Source of the DNA: Scyliorhinus canicula
Taxonomy: Eukaryota
Assembly: GCF_902713615.1 (NCBI RefSeq)
Contig: NC_052158.1
Location: 13,388,546 to 13,452,545, forward strand
Direction: 5' to 3'
Length of the DNA stretch: 64,000 bases
Program-made: the position numbers and the translations under genes
Part shown: one piece after another, positions 1 through 11,624 of the stretch
Numbering within the stretch: position 1 is the first letter of the stretch
Layout: every line of letters begins with the position of its first letter
Notes under the pieces: generated by a model
Told to the model about the DNA's origin: nothing
The model's input: the letters and a program-made list of their open reading frames with translations, nothing else
The model's database searches: none

Positions 1-945
1 GCAGGGCTGCCTCGGTCGTGCTAGCCCACCATCGGTGTGAGGTAGGGACGATCAGCCCTGGGCTGGTGGGATGGGTGTCTCAATGGATGCGGGTCCGCCA
101 TGCCATCCCCTGGACCGTGTATACCAATAACGGGGTCAACCCCAGCTCCTGCCTGTCTGTCCCACCGATTACCCATAATTCCCATTGACCGTGGAGGTCT
201 CCAGTCGCGCAGCTGAAGCCAAATGCTAATAGGGAATTGCCAATCGTAGTTGAGTGAGGACATGACAGCTTCCAAGCCAATTCCCATGGGTAGGTGTGCC
301 ATGTAGCATATGGATGTTATTGCCTGGCACCCCAATCAGGCGTTGCTGCCTTCACAATGTGCCTGAACACTGCTAGAAGAAACAACACCGATATAGCAAC
401 CAACGTCGAATACCCAGGGGCTGGACCCCAGCATCAGGGACAAGTCCACGACCAGAGGGTGGGTGTGTACACCGGGGAGGGGACGGGAGCCCGGTCCAGA
501 TAACGTTGCATGCGGGTGCCTATGGTACAGTGTATAGGCTCTGGTGAACAGGTATGGGCATGTTGGATGGTAGAGATGTAAGGGGACTAGAATGGGAGCC
601 ACAGGGGAACGAAAGGCCCAGGATGGAAGACACCACTGGTTGTTAGTCTCAACCCCTCTTCAATTCCTTTCAGATGTTACATGGGTTGAATGATATCGTG
701 GACCCCGGGGAGGTTGCCCTCGTGATGCTGCTGGCAGGCCAGGTGGCAAGACGCCAGAGAAGGCAGAGACAGCAGCAGCGACAGAGGCCCATGTACATGG
801 CCCCACCTAACACCCCGGGGGCCCGGCTGCCCATCAGGCCAGTGAGGGACACACAGGGGGAGGCCAGCGATGGTCCGAGATGTACAGGTATCGCTCCGCC
901 TCAACAAGGGGATGCTGTGCCACCTGGTTTGGCAGGGGTGCTCGA
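1..945 (+). mobile_element. Degenerate PIF/Harbinger DNA transposon fragment (N-terminus of nuclease ORF)
   Basis: GC-rich. ORF 674-961 has a hydrophobic stretch then RRQRRQRQQQRQR, and 873-930 gives PRxYRYR/LRLNKGxLCHL across frameshifts, resembling the Harbinger nuclease N-terminus. Truncated by the RTE element. Confidence 0.55.
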
Positions 946-949
946 TGAG

Positions 950-3020
950 GTGCGTGAGTGAGACACTCTGGATTCTGTACTCTCCTTCCTCTCTTTATGC
1001 TTCGCCTCCATGTGCTCCTCTGTACGATGTTCGAAGGGATTGGTGCCTCGTGGATGCTTTTTCTGCAGGTTGTGTGTTCTAAGGCAAGCAATCCCCATTT
1101 GTCGGTGGGGATGTTACATTTATTTAGGGAGGCGTTCGGAGTGTCCTTTCAGAATTTCCCCTGCCCTTCCAGTGATTGCTTGCCATTGTGGAGCTCTGGG
1201 TAGAACACTCGTTTCAGGGGTCTTGTGTGGTGCATGTGGTTAATGTGGCCCATTGAAGCTGATCGAGTGTGACGAGTGCCGTCACAGTACAGGGGATATT
1301 GGCCTGCAACGCCTATCCTGGAAATGGATATGCTGGATTTTGTAGAGGCAGCATTGTTGATATCTCGCCAACAATTTAAGGCGTTGCTCTACATTGTCGC
1401 TTTTTCTTATGCATACAGTAGGGCAGGGACCATGGCTGCTCTATAGACCGAGCTTGGTGCTGGTTTTGACCTCTCGGATTTCGAATATTCTGTTCTTCAG
1501 GCGTCCGAAGACTGCACAGGTGCATTGGAGTCGATATTAGATTTCGTCATCAATGCCTGTTTGCAGCGAGTGGAAGCATCCATGGTAGGGAAATGATCAA
1601 TATTGTCCAAGGCCTCACCGTGGCTCTTGATGGTTGGAGGGCAGTTTTGTTTGTCAGGTGGGCTGGCAGAGGACCTTTGTTTTCCAGATGTTTAGTCTGA
1701 TGCCATTCTGTCCTATGCCTCGGTAAACGCATCGCTGTTGGCTTGTAGCGTGGCCTCTGAACGTGCGGACACACATGCAATATTTCTAATAATAATAATC
1801 GCTTATTGTCACAAGTAGGCTTCAATGAAGTTACTGTGAAAAGCCCCTTCTCGCCACATTCCGACCCCTGTTCAAGGAGGCCGGTACGGGAATTGAACCC
1901 GCGCTGCTGGTATTGTTCTGACAGAGTTTGGGGTCATCCTGATTCTAGCCTGGATGCGTCGGAAGTTGAACAGTTTCCCGCTTCTCCGGTAGGGTAGTGT
2001 TAGCTCCACCTCAGAAGCGAGCTTCAGGGTGATGGGGTGCAGTGTTGCTACGAGAAAGGTGGAGACGTGCATCAGAGCGATGATGCAGCCTGTTTGACCT
2101 CTGTTTTCGCACATATTGGGTCTATGGTGGTTCCGTTGGTGAGGATCACGGTTTTTATGTCACCGTGAAGCAGACGGAGGATGCTTCACAATCTCTCATA
2201 CTTGAAAATGTCAACGGCCTTCGCGATATCAAAGAAGGACATTCACTGCGGTTGAAGCTCCCTGCACTTTTGCTGGATTTGTCACGCCCTGAAGATCATT
2301 TTCATTGAGCCTCTTGATGGGCAGAGGCGCACTGAGACTCAGGAATGAGCTGTTCAGATTCTGTGAGGAGGCGGTTGAGGAGTACTCTTGCAATCACCTT
2401 TCCCCTGCTGGAGAGTGGGGATTACCTCTGTAATTTCTGCAATTGCACCTGTCTCCTTTCTTGAAGAGCGTCACAATTAAGACATCTCTGAGATCATCTG
2501 GCATGCTCTCTTCCTTACAGACAAGGGTGATTAGGTTGGGGATTATTGTTAAGTGTGCATCACGGCTGCAGTTTAGTACTTCTGTCGGGATTCCATCTGC
2601 ACCAGAGACCTTGTTGTTCTTCAGCCATCAGATGGCTTTTTCGACCCCACGGTGAGCTGGCATCGCGCTGACGTGGCGGCAGGTAGCATGTTGCGGATTA
2701 GTGTCCAGAATGTTTCTGTTAAAAGCTGTGTCTTGGATGAGGAGGACCTTGAAGTGCTCTCTCCAGCGACGAGCGCCTCTCCGTTTTTGGCTCTCGTTGG
2801 GGTGGATACCTGCGCACTTTGACAGGAGATGGTTTTGATGGTGCTGAATAAGCCGCGCACATTGTCGTTGTCGGCGAGTTGCTGAGACCCCTGTGCTCTT
2901 TGCACCCATCACCTGTTCTTAAGGTGGCGTGTTCTTTGTTGCAACTCGGTCTTCAGTTGCGTGGGGGTTTATTTCTTCTCACTGGAGTTTTGTTATTAAT
3001 ATCGATAGCTGAGTCCCCAG
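950..3020 (-). mobile_element. Degenerate RTE-clade (BovB-like) LINE, RT and C-terminal region
   Basis: Minus-strand translation near 1950-2110 gives (G)VKQGCII...YRRSGKLFNFRRIQAR. QQLADNDNVRGLFSTIKTI lies in ORF 2621-2905, and an Arg/Lys-rich C-terminus lies at 960-1200. Many stops and frameshifts. Confidence 0.85.
1789..1920 (-). mobile_element. tRNA-derived SINE fragment inserted in the RTE
   Basis: ggtacgggaattgaaccc is the reverse complement of a B-box. It shares the body gaagttactgtgaaaagcccc with copies at 7100, 18605 and 36300. Confidence 0.8.
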
Positions 3021-3659
3021 CTCTCGTCCTTGTCATACTCCACTACTTATAGCCTTCTGTGAGAAGATACACCATTTTTCCGGACTTTCCGTTTCCTGTC
3101 CGCTAACCTACCCTCTACCTAGTTCATAGATTACCCCAACCCCTTGTGTAATGACCTTTGACACCGCGCTTTACCGGACAACGTTTGGAAAACACGATGT
3201 ATAAATCCACCCTCGAAGTTACCTCCTCAAATTTTACTGATGCATTTGATACAGTATTTCTTTTTTGGAAACCGTGCTAGCCTGGCTAATCGTTCTAACA
3301 TTTTCCAAGTACCTCGTTTATCTACCGTATACCGCATTATATTCACGACTGTTAGCAGACTAACCGGCTTGAAGGTTCAGGATTGCTCTCTTCCGCCTTT
3401 CTTAAGTAATTATGAAGCTTTGCCCTCTGCCTACGTGCAGTTGTGACAGAATCTGGGGGATTTTGGAAGATCACAGCCAGTTTACCTACTATTCTTGCAG
3501 CCACGTCTTTCACAACCCTTGGAGTTTGACCACCAGGTCCAGGAGATATTCTGATGTGTAATGTTTTAAAGTTATTTGACTCGACTGATGTTAACGACTA
3601 TAGGTTCCTCACTCGTCCATATTTCCCTGTGTTTTGATACATGTTTTTGATGAGTTACA

Positions 3660-3982
3660 TACAACATAGAGCATACAGTGCAAAAGGATGCTGTTTAGCC
3701 CATCAAGCCTTCAACGATACACTTAAGCCCTCACTTCCACCCTATGCCCGTAACCCAATAACCCCTCCAAACCTTTTGGACACTAAGGGCAATTTAGCAT
3801 GTCTAATCTACCTAACCTGCACTTCTTTGGCCTGTGGGAGGAAATCGGAGCACTCGGAGGAAACCCACGCAGACACGGAGAGAACCTGCAGGCTCGCACA
3901 AACAGTGACCCAGTGGGGAATCGAACCTGGGACCCTAGAGCTGTGAAGCCACAGTGATAGCCACTGTGCTACCGCGCTGCCT
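3660..3982 (-). mobile_element. HE1-type (V-SINE) element
   Basis: Reverse complement of the tRNA-like head (ggggaatcgaacc), the conserved core gaggaaacccacgcagacacgg, and a catagag tail. Similar to the copy at 63742. Confidence 0.9.
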
Positions 3983-4519
3983 TATATGGTGAAGACGATT
4001 CAGACCACTTATGCTAATTCCTTGCTCCCCATTAAAATGTCTGTCTTACATTCTCCCCGTGTCTGCTTGGGTCACACTCCCACAAGCCAAAATATGTGTA
4101 GGGTAGTTGGATTGACCACGGGAAATTGCCGCTTAATTTGAAATATAAAGAAAAAAATCTCCCCACCTCTCGGACGCTTGTTTCCGCTTCTTGCTTTCTT
4201 TATACAATCTTACAACCTGGGTAAAAATACCGGAGCTCCTTTTCTAACAGAATTTCGGTGTTCCTAGAACGCGTCATCACCACCTCAAGGGCAGTTAGGA
4301 ATTGGTACAAATACTAGCGTAACCAGCGATGGTCCATCAACGATTTAAAAATTACATTTTATATTTCCTGATAGTTACACTCATCTCTTCTATTTGTTCC
4401 TTTTGAAAACATTGTGGTCGTTGTTTACCAGTTTTTAAAACTTCCAAAATCCACAGGCTTCGTATTCTTCGTCCGCCCTCGACGAGTTAATGATCAATAT
4501 AGTTGTTAAAGTGATATTT

Positions 4520-4847
4520 CATAGAATCCATAGAATCCCTATAGTGCAAAAGGCGCCCTTTCGACCCATCGTGTCTGTGCTGTCACTTGCTCAGAAAGAG
4601 CACCCTACCTAGGCCTGCTCTCCCACCCCTATTCCAGTAACCCCACCTAATCTTTGGGCAATTGATCATGGCCCATCCACCTAACCTGCACATCTTTGGG
4701 CTGTGGGAGTAAACTGGAGGAAACCCACGCAGACGCAGGGGTCCTCCTGTGTGCAAACTGCACACAACCAGTCACCCAAGGTCAGAATATAACCGGGAAG
4801 ATCGGCGCTATGAGGCAACGGTGCTGACCACTGAGCCACCGCGGCGT
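4520..4847 (-). mobile_element. HE1-type SINE
   Basis: Same core (gaggaaacccacgcagacgc) with a catagaat tail. Confidence 0.85.
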
Positions 4848-5159
4848 AACCTTAGAAAAAATAACTATTCAAATTCCAGGCACGAATGCCAACGACAAGC
4901 CGTCTGGGACTAAAGAACAGACCAGCTGTCTGTAATGGAAATCTAGGTTCACGCATTTGCCTCACTCCTAAAGTTAGATGCAGATTTTGGCCTGAATTCC
5001 AATTTATTGTGAAGCTAACAGCCAGGCTCAGTTGGCAGTGACTCAGTTGACGTCTGAGTCACTAGGCTGTGAGTTTCACGTGTGTACAGAATCTGGGCTA
5101 ACTCTCTCAGGACAGTAGTCAGAGATTGTTAGACCTTTCTTCTTTTCAATGAAAAACTG

Positions 5160-6175
5160 AGACCCTACTTGCCCTTTCCGATGAACGGAAACGATCCCCA
5201 AACCCCACCTATCATTTGGACACTACGGGACTGTTAGTCTGCCCAATCCACCTAGCCCGCACTTTTTGAAGAGTGGGTGAGTTCCCCTGAGGTCCACGTC
5301 AATATTTGTCGTTCAACCCAATATTCAGAAAGTAGATCATCTGCTTTTTATTACATTTCATCTTCCAAAACGACATCTGCAGGAGATTTAGAGGGGTATG
5401 AAGAAAAGTTTTTCACCCAAAGGGGGTGGTCACAGAACAGTGAGTTCAGGCAATGGAACTCAGTGTTGAGGCGGGAACCCACAAAACATTTAAGAAACAA
5501 TTGGATGAACAGTTGAGACGCCATTGCATAAAAGACTACCGACCATGTTCTAGAAATTGGATTAAAATAGGTGCTTGATGGCCGACGCAGGGGATGGGCC
5601 GGAGGGCATCCTTTTGTGCTTTTACGACTCTTGGCAGAGTAGAGGCGGACGTGTTTTCTACATTACACAAAGCTAAACAGAAAAGTATATAACTGGCGGC
5701 AAAGATCTTTGGGGCGGTCTGAGTCGTGGTGGCGCTATATAAACGCACACATTTTCCATTTCAATTTCTCATTTCAGCAACTCCATGCCGTATCACAGAA
5801 TCATAGAATTTACAGAGCAGAAGGAGGCTATTTGGTCCATCGAGTATACACAGGCCCTTAAAAGAGCACCCTACTTAAGCCCACACCTCCACCCTATTAC
5901 GGTAACCAAGTAACCCCACCAAACCTTTGGACACTACGGGGAATTTAGTCTGGCCAATCCACCTAGCCCGCACATCTTTGGACTGCAATCGGTCTGGAAA
6001 TAACTGGAAGTACTTAATGCATTGTGGTGGAGGCAGGTGCAACTGAAGCATTCAAAAGGGTTACGGGGAGAATGCGGCAATATAGAACTGGCTGACTTGC
6101 GTATTCGGAGAGGCAGTGCAAAACATGCTGGGCCAAATAGGCTCCTTCTGCGCCGTTATATTCCTGTGATTATGC
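5160..6175. mobile_element. Cluster of short HE1 and CR1 3'-end fragments
   Basis: HE1 3' parts on - at about 5160-5290 and 5795-5985. CR1 3' tails on + at about 5385-5560 and 6000-6170. Confidence 0.65.
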
Positions 6176-6318
6176 GTTCTTTTTTCCCTTTACAAATTGT
6201 ATTTACCAGAATAGGGAAACATTGGTTCCAGCTTTACCCACCGGATTTCCCTGTGGCCAAGGTATTAGGAGGAACTTAATAGTTTTAGTAATTACAACCT
6301 GCGTTTTCAATTCACCAG

Positions 6319-6416
6319 GAACTCATTGGCTACATTTGGATGTCTCCTTCCTGGTGCTATTTACGGCTGCATTTGCCCCGTCATGGAGCAGTGCCAGCCG
6401 ACGCTCACCGTATTGA
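6319..6416 (+). other. Candidate orphan terminal coding exon (GTHWLHLDVSFLVLFTAAFAPSWSSASRRSPY*)
   Basis: Acceptor ttttcaattcaccAG at 6317-6318 in phase 1, a hydrophobic core, TGA at 6414-6416 and AATAAA near 6938. No partner exon was identified. Confidence 0.25.
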
Positions 6417-8340
6417 TCTGCCAGCGAAGTAATTCGCACGACGGTTGTCCGGTCGTGTTGCACTCGCCATTTCTACCTTACTGTCACCCCCCATCACAGG
6501 TACCCCCCCCCCCCCCCCCTCAAGCAACCAGTAAAGGCGACACGATGGGAATTTTCCCGCGGAGTTGCTGCATCCGCTTTTTGTAGCTTTCGATTTGACC
6601 TGGCTGAAAGTAACTTTTTCATAATTTAACTACGGGTGACTGACATTGTTTTGTGTGCTGGGGTCCGGGGTGGAGACTGCTCGATCGAACTTTCGGATGG
6701 TAAGTGACACTATTATTATTTTTATACAGCTGAAGTCAAGTCTCTTCCATTAATGATTGTCCATTATTCGATATGACTGGTAGCAGTGAAAGCAACCAAG
6801 GCGGACGTTACCTGTGCGCCCTCCGAGCCATTTTGAGTGCTGCATCAGTGCATTGCAGCTTCAGTTGTGTTCGCTTTGAGCTTAAAACTCGATGTTTGTT
6901 AAAAGTACGCCTGAGATGAAGCCTCGGTCATCAACCGAATAAATATGTTATAAACTTTATTGCTAGAAGCTATTCTATATTAAAGTAATTATTAGTGTGT
7001 CGCATACGGACTAAACAATGAATGGCTTCGCGCTACAGGTGGCTATGTTCAATTTACTTTCTGTGTAGCAAATACGTAAAATATGCAAATAACGTTTATA
7101 TAATCTTTATTAGTGTCACACGTAGGCTTACATTAATACTGCAATGAAGTTACTATGAAAATCCCCTATTCGCCACACTCCGGCGCCTGTTCGGGTATCT
7201 TGTCTGTAATAGACGCTCTAGATTGGGTAAATGGATTCCACGCAGGAGAATCTGTAGAGGGGAAGATGGTGTGTTATGTAAGACCTGAGGAGACTAAGCA
7301 GAAGACCGGTCATCAGGTGGACGGTAGTGGGACAGGAAAAAAAACAATACATTAGAAGCCAGTCAGTATTGCGTCTATATTTATTGCCGCAAATATAGAC
7401 ACCTATTTTACATCCTTTCGTTCCAGGTAAACGAATGGAAGCGATTATCAGTGGTAAACAAGAGTGTAGTTTGTGCAATAGCCACCTACCTAACAGGAGT
7501 GAACACTCAATGTAGAAGGGGAATTTTATTAGTAATCGACCTCCCGGCGTAAATGAGGCACTGGGAGGCCAACAGAATAGCTATAAATTTTGTTGTGTAT
7601 TAAGCTGGTCTCCTAAATAACTTGATTAAAATACAATGCTAAAATATATTAAATTAAATCAAAGTTGTGAGGATTCAGGTTAAATAGTGGGAATAGGGAA
7701 GGCGTTACATAGTTAAATCGAAGCTGAAGATTAGATCTGGCCAATGGATAGGCCGCTCATGATGGGCCGAATGTCCACCTTCTGTTCTGTATTATCCCAT
7801 AATGCTGTAACTTAAATGAGGAAATCGTTGTTGATTTTCCAGCATTGGATTAACTGTCGCTCTGTCATTGCTTACAAGTTGCCCTTCAAACGCTGTCAAT
7901 GGCAAGTTCAGCTATTCCCAATCCCCACATCGAAACATTTGTTCATGCAGCAGCACGTTGTTATTCCCTGGATATTTACCAATTAATTTAATGATTGCAA
8001 TTTTCTAGAATATGAAAGTGGAACATTTGTCGCGCCGTTCTAAGTGTTTTCTTTGAGCGACTTTTAGTGACTCGTTCAGACTGACAATCCTCTTTGGTAT
8101 ATTTTTTTTAAAAAAACAATCCTGTGGTTTAATTCGGACTTTATGTTCCTTTCAGATTTCTGATACATGAAACGATCTCTCCTGGAATTATTCTACGAAT
8201 TATAGCTGCAAATTAAATAATCACAGGGATTAAAACGATTTATGTGTGCAAATGGAAGGGCTCTTAAAAGTCAAGTTAATTTAATAGTTACAGGGCTTTC
8301 GATTCACGTTAGACTTGCTCGTGTGCGTTTGTCTCACTGG

Positions 8341-8430
8341 ACAGAGATTACTGTGGCCCTGGGAAAACCCTAGCGTGTCAGGGTCGGTAAGGAAAGCAAT
8401 ACGCAGGGGAACGTCGGGAGCTTTACGCAT
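8341..8430 (+). other. Probable non-coding 5' exon of the NCR3-like gene (start undefined)
   Basis: Two donor-like sites (TCG|gtaagg at 8387, CAT|gtaagt at 8431) lie upstream of the strong acceptor tttttgattcctAG at 8510-8511. Confidence 0.45.
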
Positions 8431-8519
8431 GTAAGTCTTGTACTATGAACTACCCATTGTAAATCATGATTAGAACGTAGATTTCCAATATATATATTTT
8501 TTGATTCCTAGATGAAGCA

Positions 8520-8562
8520 ATGAATCCCTCTACCCTGCTGTGGATCACAATGTTACTCTTCA
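8520..8562 (+). CDS. NCR3: NKp30/NCR3-like receptor, leader exon (MNPSTLLWITMLLF)
   Basis: ATG at 8520, hydrophobic signal-peptide core, and a phase-1 donor A|gtaaga at 8563. It splices in frame to 9350 (A+CG = Thr). Confidence 0.85.
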
Positions 8563-8614
8563 GTAAGACTTTGCTTTCTTTTTTTTAACTGCACCATAAC
8601 GTATTGTGCTGTTT

Positions 8615-9225
8615 AGCAAAGTAAAGTAGCTGAGGTCTTAAACATAGGAAATTTGGAGCAGCAGTAGGCCACTCGGCCCCTCGAGTCTGCTCTGCCATTC
8701 AATGAGCTCATGGCTGATCTGATTCTAACTTCAATCCCTGCCCATCCCCGAAAGCCTCACGCCCCCTTGCTAATCAATAATCCATATCACTCTTAAATAT
8801 AGCCGAAGGCTCTGCTTACACTTTCCATTTAGGCAGTGGGCGGAACGGTGGCACAATGGTTAGTACTGCTGTCTCACAACTCCAGGGATCCGGTTCAATT
8901 CCAGCCTCGGTTGACTGTGTGGAGTTTGCACTTTCTCCCCGTATTTGCATGCGTTTCCTCCGAGAGCTCCGGTTTCCACCTACAGTCCAAAGGTGTGCAA
9001 ATTTAGCCATGCTAAATTAGCACTTGGTTTCCAAAAGGTTAGGTTGGATTATGGGGATAGGCTGGAGGCGTGGGCCTAAGTAGGACGCTGTTTCCAAGGG
9101 CCTCCTTTTGCATTGTAAATTCTTTCATTCCATAATTTCATAATTTCAGAGACTCACAGCGCTCCTGGAGAAAATATTTTCCTGATCTCCGTCTTAAATG
9201 AGCGATCCCTTATTTTAAAACAGTG
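8615..9225. mobile_element. CR1 3' fragment (-) interrupted by an HE1 SINE (+, about 8842-9115) in intron 1
   Basis: CR1 tail cagcagtaggccactcggcccctcgagtctgctctgcc. HE1 head ggtggcacaatggttagtactgctgtctcac. Confidence 0.75.
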
Positions 9226-9349
9226 ATAGGCCTATGACGAAATCGAGAGAAAGTTGATATATTTGTGACATTCCAGTTATTATAGTAAACCAAACAGGGA
9301 AGAATAATCTTGATTTTTATATCAACGGGCATGGGCGTTTATCTTACAG

Positions 9350-9703
9350 CGCCAACAGCTAGCAAGATCAAAGTGTTTCAAAAGCCGTCCTCCATTGTGA
9401 CTACCGAGGGAAACACAGTCCATCTTCTCTGCACTTACAAAACATCTCACGCTCAACAGAACGGTGCTTTCTCCTGGCACAAAAACGTCAGAAATGGATC
9501 AGGAGATTCGAGAGTGACAAATAAATCCAAAAGATACACGGGCAGGATTATGGAGGTGGACAGATCATCTTTCAAAGCCAATCAAAACGCTTCGATCGCG
9601 ATCAAAAACGTGAAACAGGAGGACTCAGGCACCTACTACTGTCATGTGGAAATATTATTCGGCGAGAAACAGTTTGGACCTGGAACAATATTAACAGTTG
9701 AAC
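9350..9703 (+). CDS. NCR3: NKp30/NCR3-like receptor, Ig V-set exon with J-like G strand
   Basis: Acceptor atcttacAG at 9348-9349 and donor C|gtaagt at 9704, phase 1-1, 118 codons. Has the B-strand Cys (HLLC), C-strand Trp (FSWHK), GR..F..ASIAI..V..EDSGTYYC and FGPGTILTVE. The motif pattern (YTGR, YYCHVEIL) parallels NKp30 (FRGR, YVCRVEVL). Confidence 0.9.
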
Positions 9704-9739
9704 GTAAGTTTACAGGTCTGGAACTAGAGAAAGAATGAA

Positions 9740-10172
9740 TGTCTGGGAGAGAGCGCGAGTGAGCGAGAGTGGGCGAGAGAGAGAGACATCGGAGAATTTT
9801 TATCAGAGACACAGATGACGAGATATACGAATGATTCACAGGTAGAAAGGTAGACAGCTGGACCGGCACATAGATAGACAGGCAGATCGACAGGCGCACA
9901 GACANNNNNNNNNNNNNNNNNNNNNNNNNNNNNNNNNNNNNNNNNNNNNNNNNNNNNNNNNNNNNNNNNNNNNNNNNNNNNNNNNNNNNNNNNNNNNNNN
10001 NNNNNNNNNNNNNNNNNNNNNNNNNNNNNNNNNNNNNNNNNNNNNNNNNNNNNNNNNNNNNNNNNNNNNNNNNNNNNNNNNNNNNNNNNNNNNNNNNNNN
10101 NNNNNNNNNNNNNNNNNNNNNNNNNNNNNNNNNNNNNNNNNNNNNNNNNNNNNNNNNNNNNNNNNACAGATA
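9740..10172. repeat. GA/GACA/GATA-type simple repeat flanking an assembly gap (N 9905-10165)
   Basis: gagagagcgcgagtgag and gatagacaggcagatcgacag directly precede 261 Ns. Confidence 0.85.
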
Positions 10173-10910
10173 ATGAAGCCCAAGAAACCTACCCCTCATT
10201 CGCACATTACAAGGTTAAAAAGCTTAAGTGTTACTATCCCGCTATCCCTCATTCGCACATTACAAAAAGCCTAACGGTTATAATATTTCAACGGTTATGA
10301 TATATCAATTTATACATGAAGATTACTATCCTGGAAACTGTTTGGGGTTCAAGGCACAATTCCCAGTTTCATGTGATAGGTTTGAGTCAGTGAATTAAGA
10401 TATCCATGCCACAAGGTACACAGCTGTCATATATGTAGTGCAACGAGTAGCCAACCATTATTTAAATTAAGCAATGAAGCAAACGTCCCATGATGTTACC
10501 ATACACATGCTAGAGAACAGTTGGCATTTATTTACTTGCCCAATGGCAACCTGAACGAATTGTAAAACAAAACACAATCTAGTCAGAACTCTGATAGGGT
10601 CTCTCTGTTAAACCAGATCGAATCATTGTTCAATGTGTTGGATGTTAATGTTTGCGCAGAAGGAGTGTGTACATTATTGAGTAAAAAGGGAGAATGGAAA
10701 CGCTAGCATTCAAGTCGAACTAGGTGGACGTAAAAACAGGATCATTAGTACGACGTAGATGTATATAATACCACTGCGGAACCATAGATATCCACTCTGG
10801 ACAGCCGTCCTGCGCGAGTACACAAGGGAATGGGGAACAAACTTAGTGAATATTGCGGTGAGTTGCGATGAGAGACTATTTGCTGAATTTGATTGCTACC
10901 TTCTCCATAG

Positions 10911-11113
10911 ACCAGAAGCAACGCAATAACAGCGGAAGTTCAATACTTTGGGAGCTGATTATGATGGGAGTGAAGCTTGCAGTGTTTGCTATGTTTATCA
11001 TTGTAACAATATCTCTCGTACATTGCTACGATTCTCGAGGTTCTGCTATGACCTTCACTTCAGTTGGAGAGGAAGTTGATTCATCCCGCAAATGCTCCAT
11101 GGAACATGGGTAA
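10911..11113 (+). CDS. NCR3: NKp30/NCR3-like receptor, stalk/TM/cytoplasmic terminal exon
   Basis: Acceptor ttctccatAG at 10909-10910, phase 1 (C+AC = His). TM is LIMMGVKLAVFAMFIIVTISLV with one Lys. Stop TAA at 11111-11113. Confidence 0.85.
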
Positions 11114-11172
11114 AATAAACCGATGGACATTTTGAGCAGTTTGATTTACAATTGATTATTGAGTGAAATAAA
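11114..11172 (+). promoter_or_regulatory. Candidate polyadenylation signals
   Basis: AATAAA immediately after the stop codon (about 11114-11119) and again near 11167-11172. Confidence 0.5.
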
Positions 11173-11624
11173 AAGTGTATTAATTGTAGTTGTCGGAACG
11201 TTATCTGTGTTCAAGTATGTTTATACGTTCATCTTTTCTTCGTGCAGTTTTCTGAGTGTTTTAATGTTCGAATTTGCGTTCCGTGTTCTCAAAGTAATTA
11301 AAGCGGATGGCTGAAATGAAATGAAATGAAAAAAGCATTTATAGAGAATTGCATATGTCCCAGGTGCCCACTTTGAACAATTTTACCTATTACATGGTGA
11401 ATCAGCAAAGGGGAACATGCCAAGATGCTAAGATATTCATAATGTACCATATTTTCACGGAGAGACAGGGGCCGGATAGGTGTTTGATAGAAGTGGAGTG
11501 TGACTTAAATGTTCAGGAAACATAAAGCAACCGTAAACGCGGAACAGACCATTTATCATTATAAGCGATCATTTTTTGTGCTCTCTATTTCATAACCATT
11601 GAATACACATGCAATATATAAGCA

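Noticed and set aside
6700-6729. Perfect-looking GTAAGT...TACAG intron
   Set aside because: Only 30 nt long, below the normal spliceosomal minimum.
7083-7090. Octamer ATGCAAAT upstream of the NCR3-like gene
   Set aside because: About 1.3 kb from the gene, and the 8-mer also occurs inside repeats, so there is no positional support.
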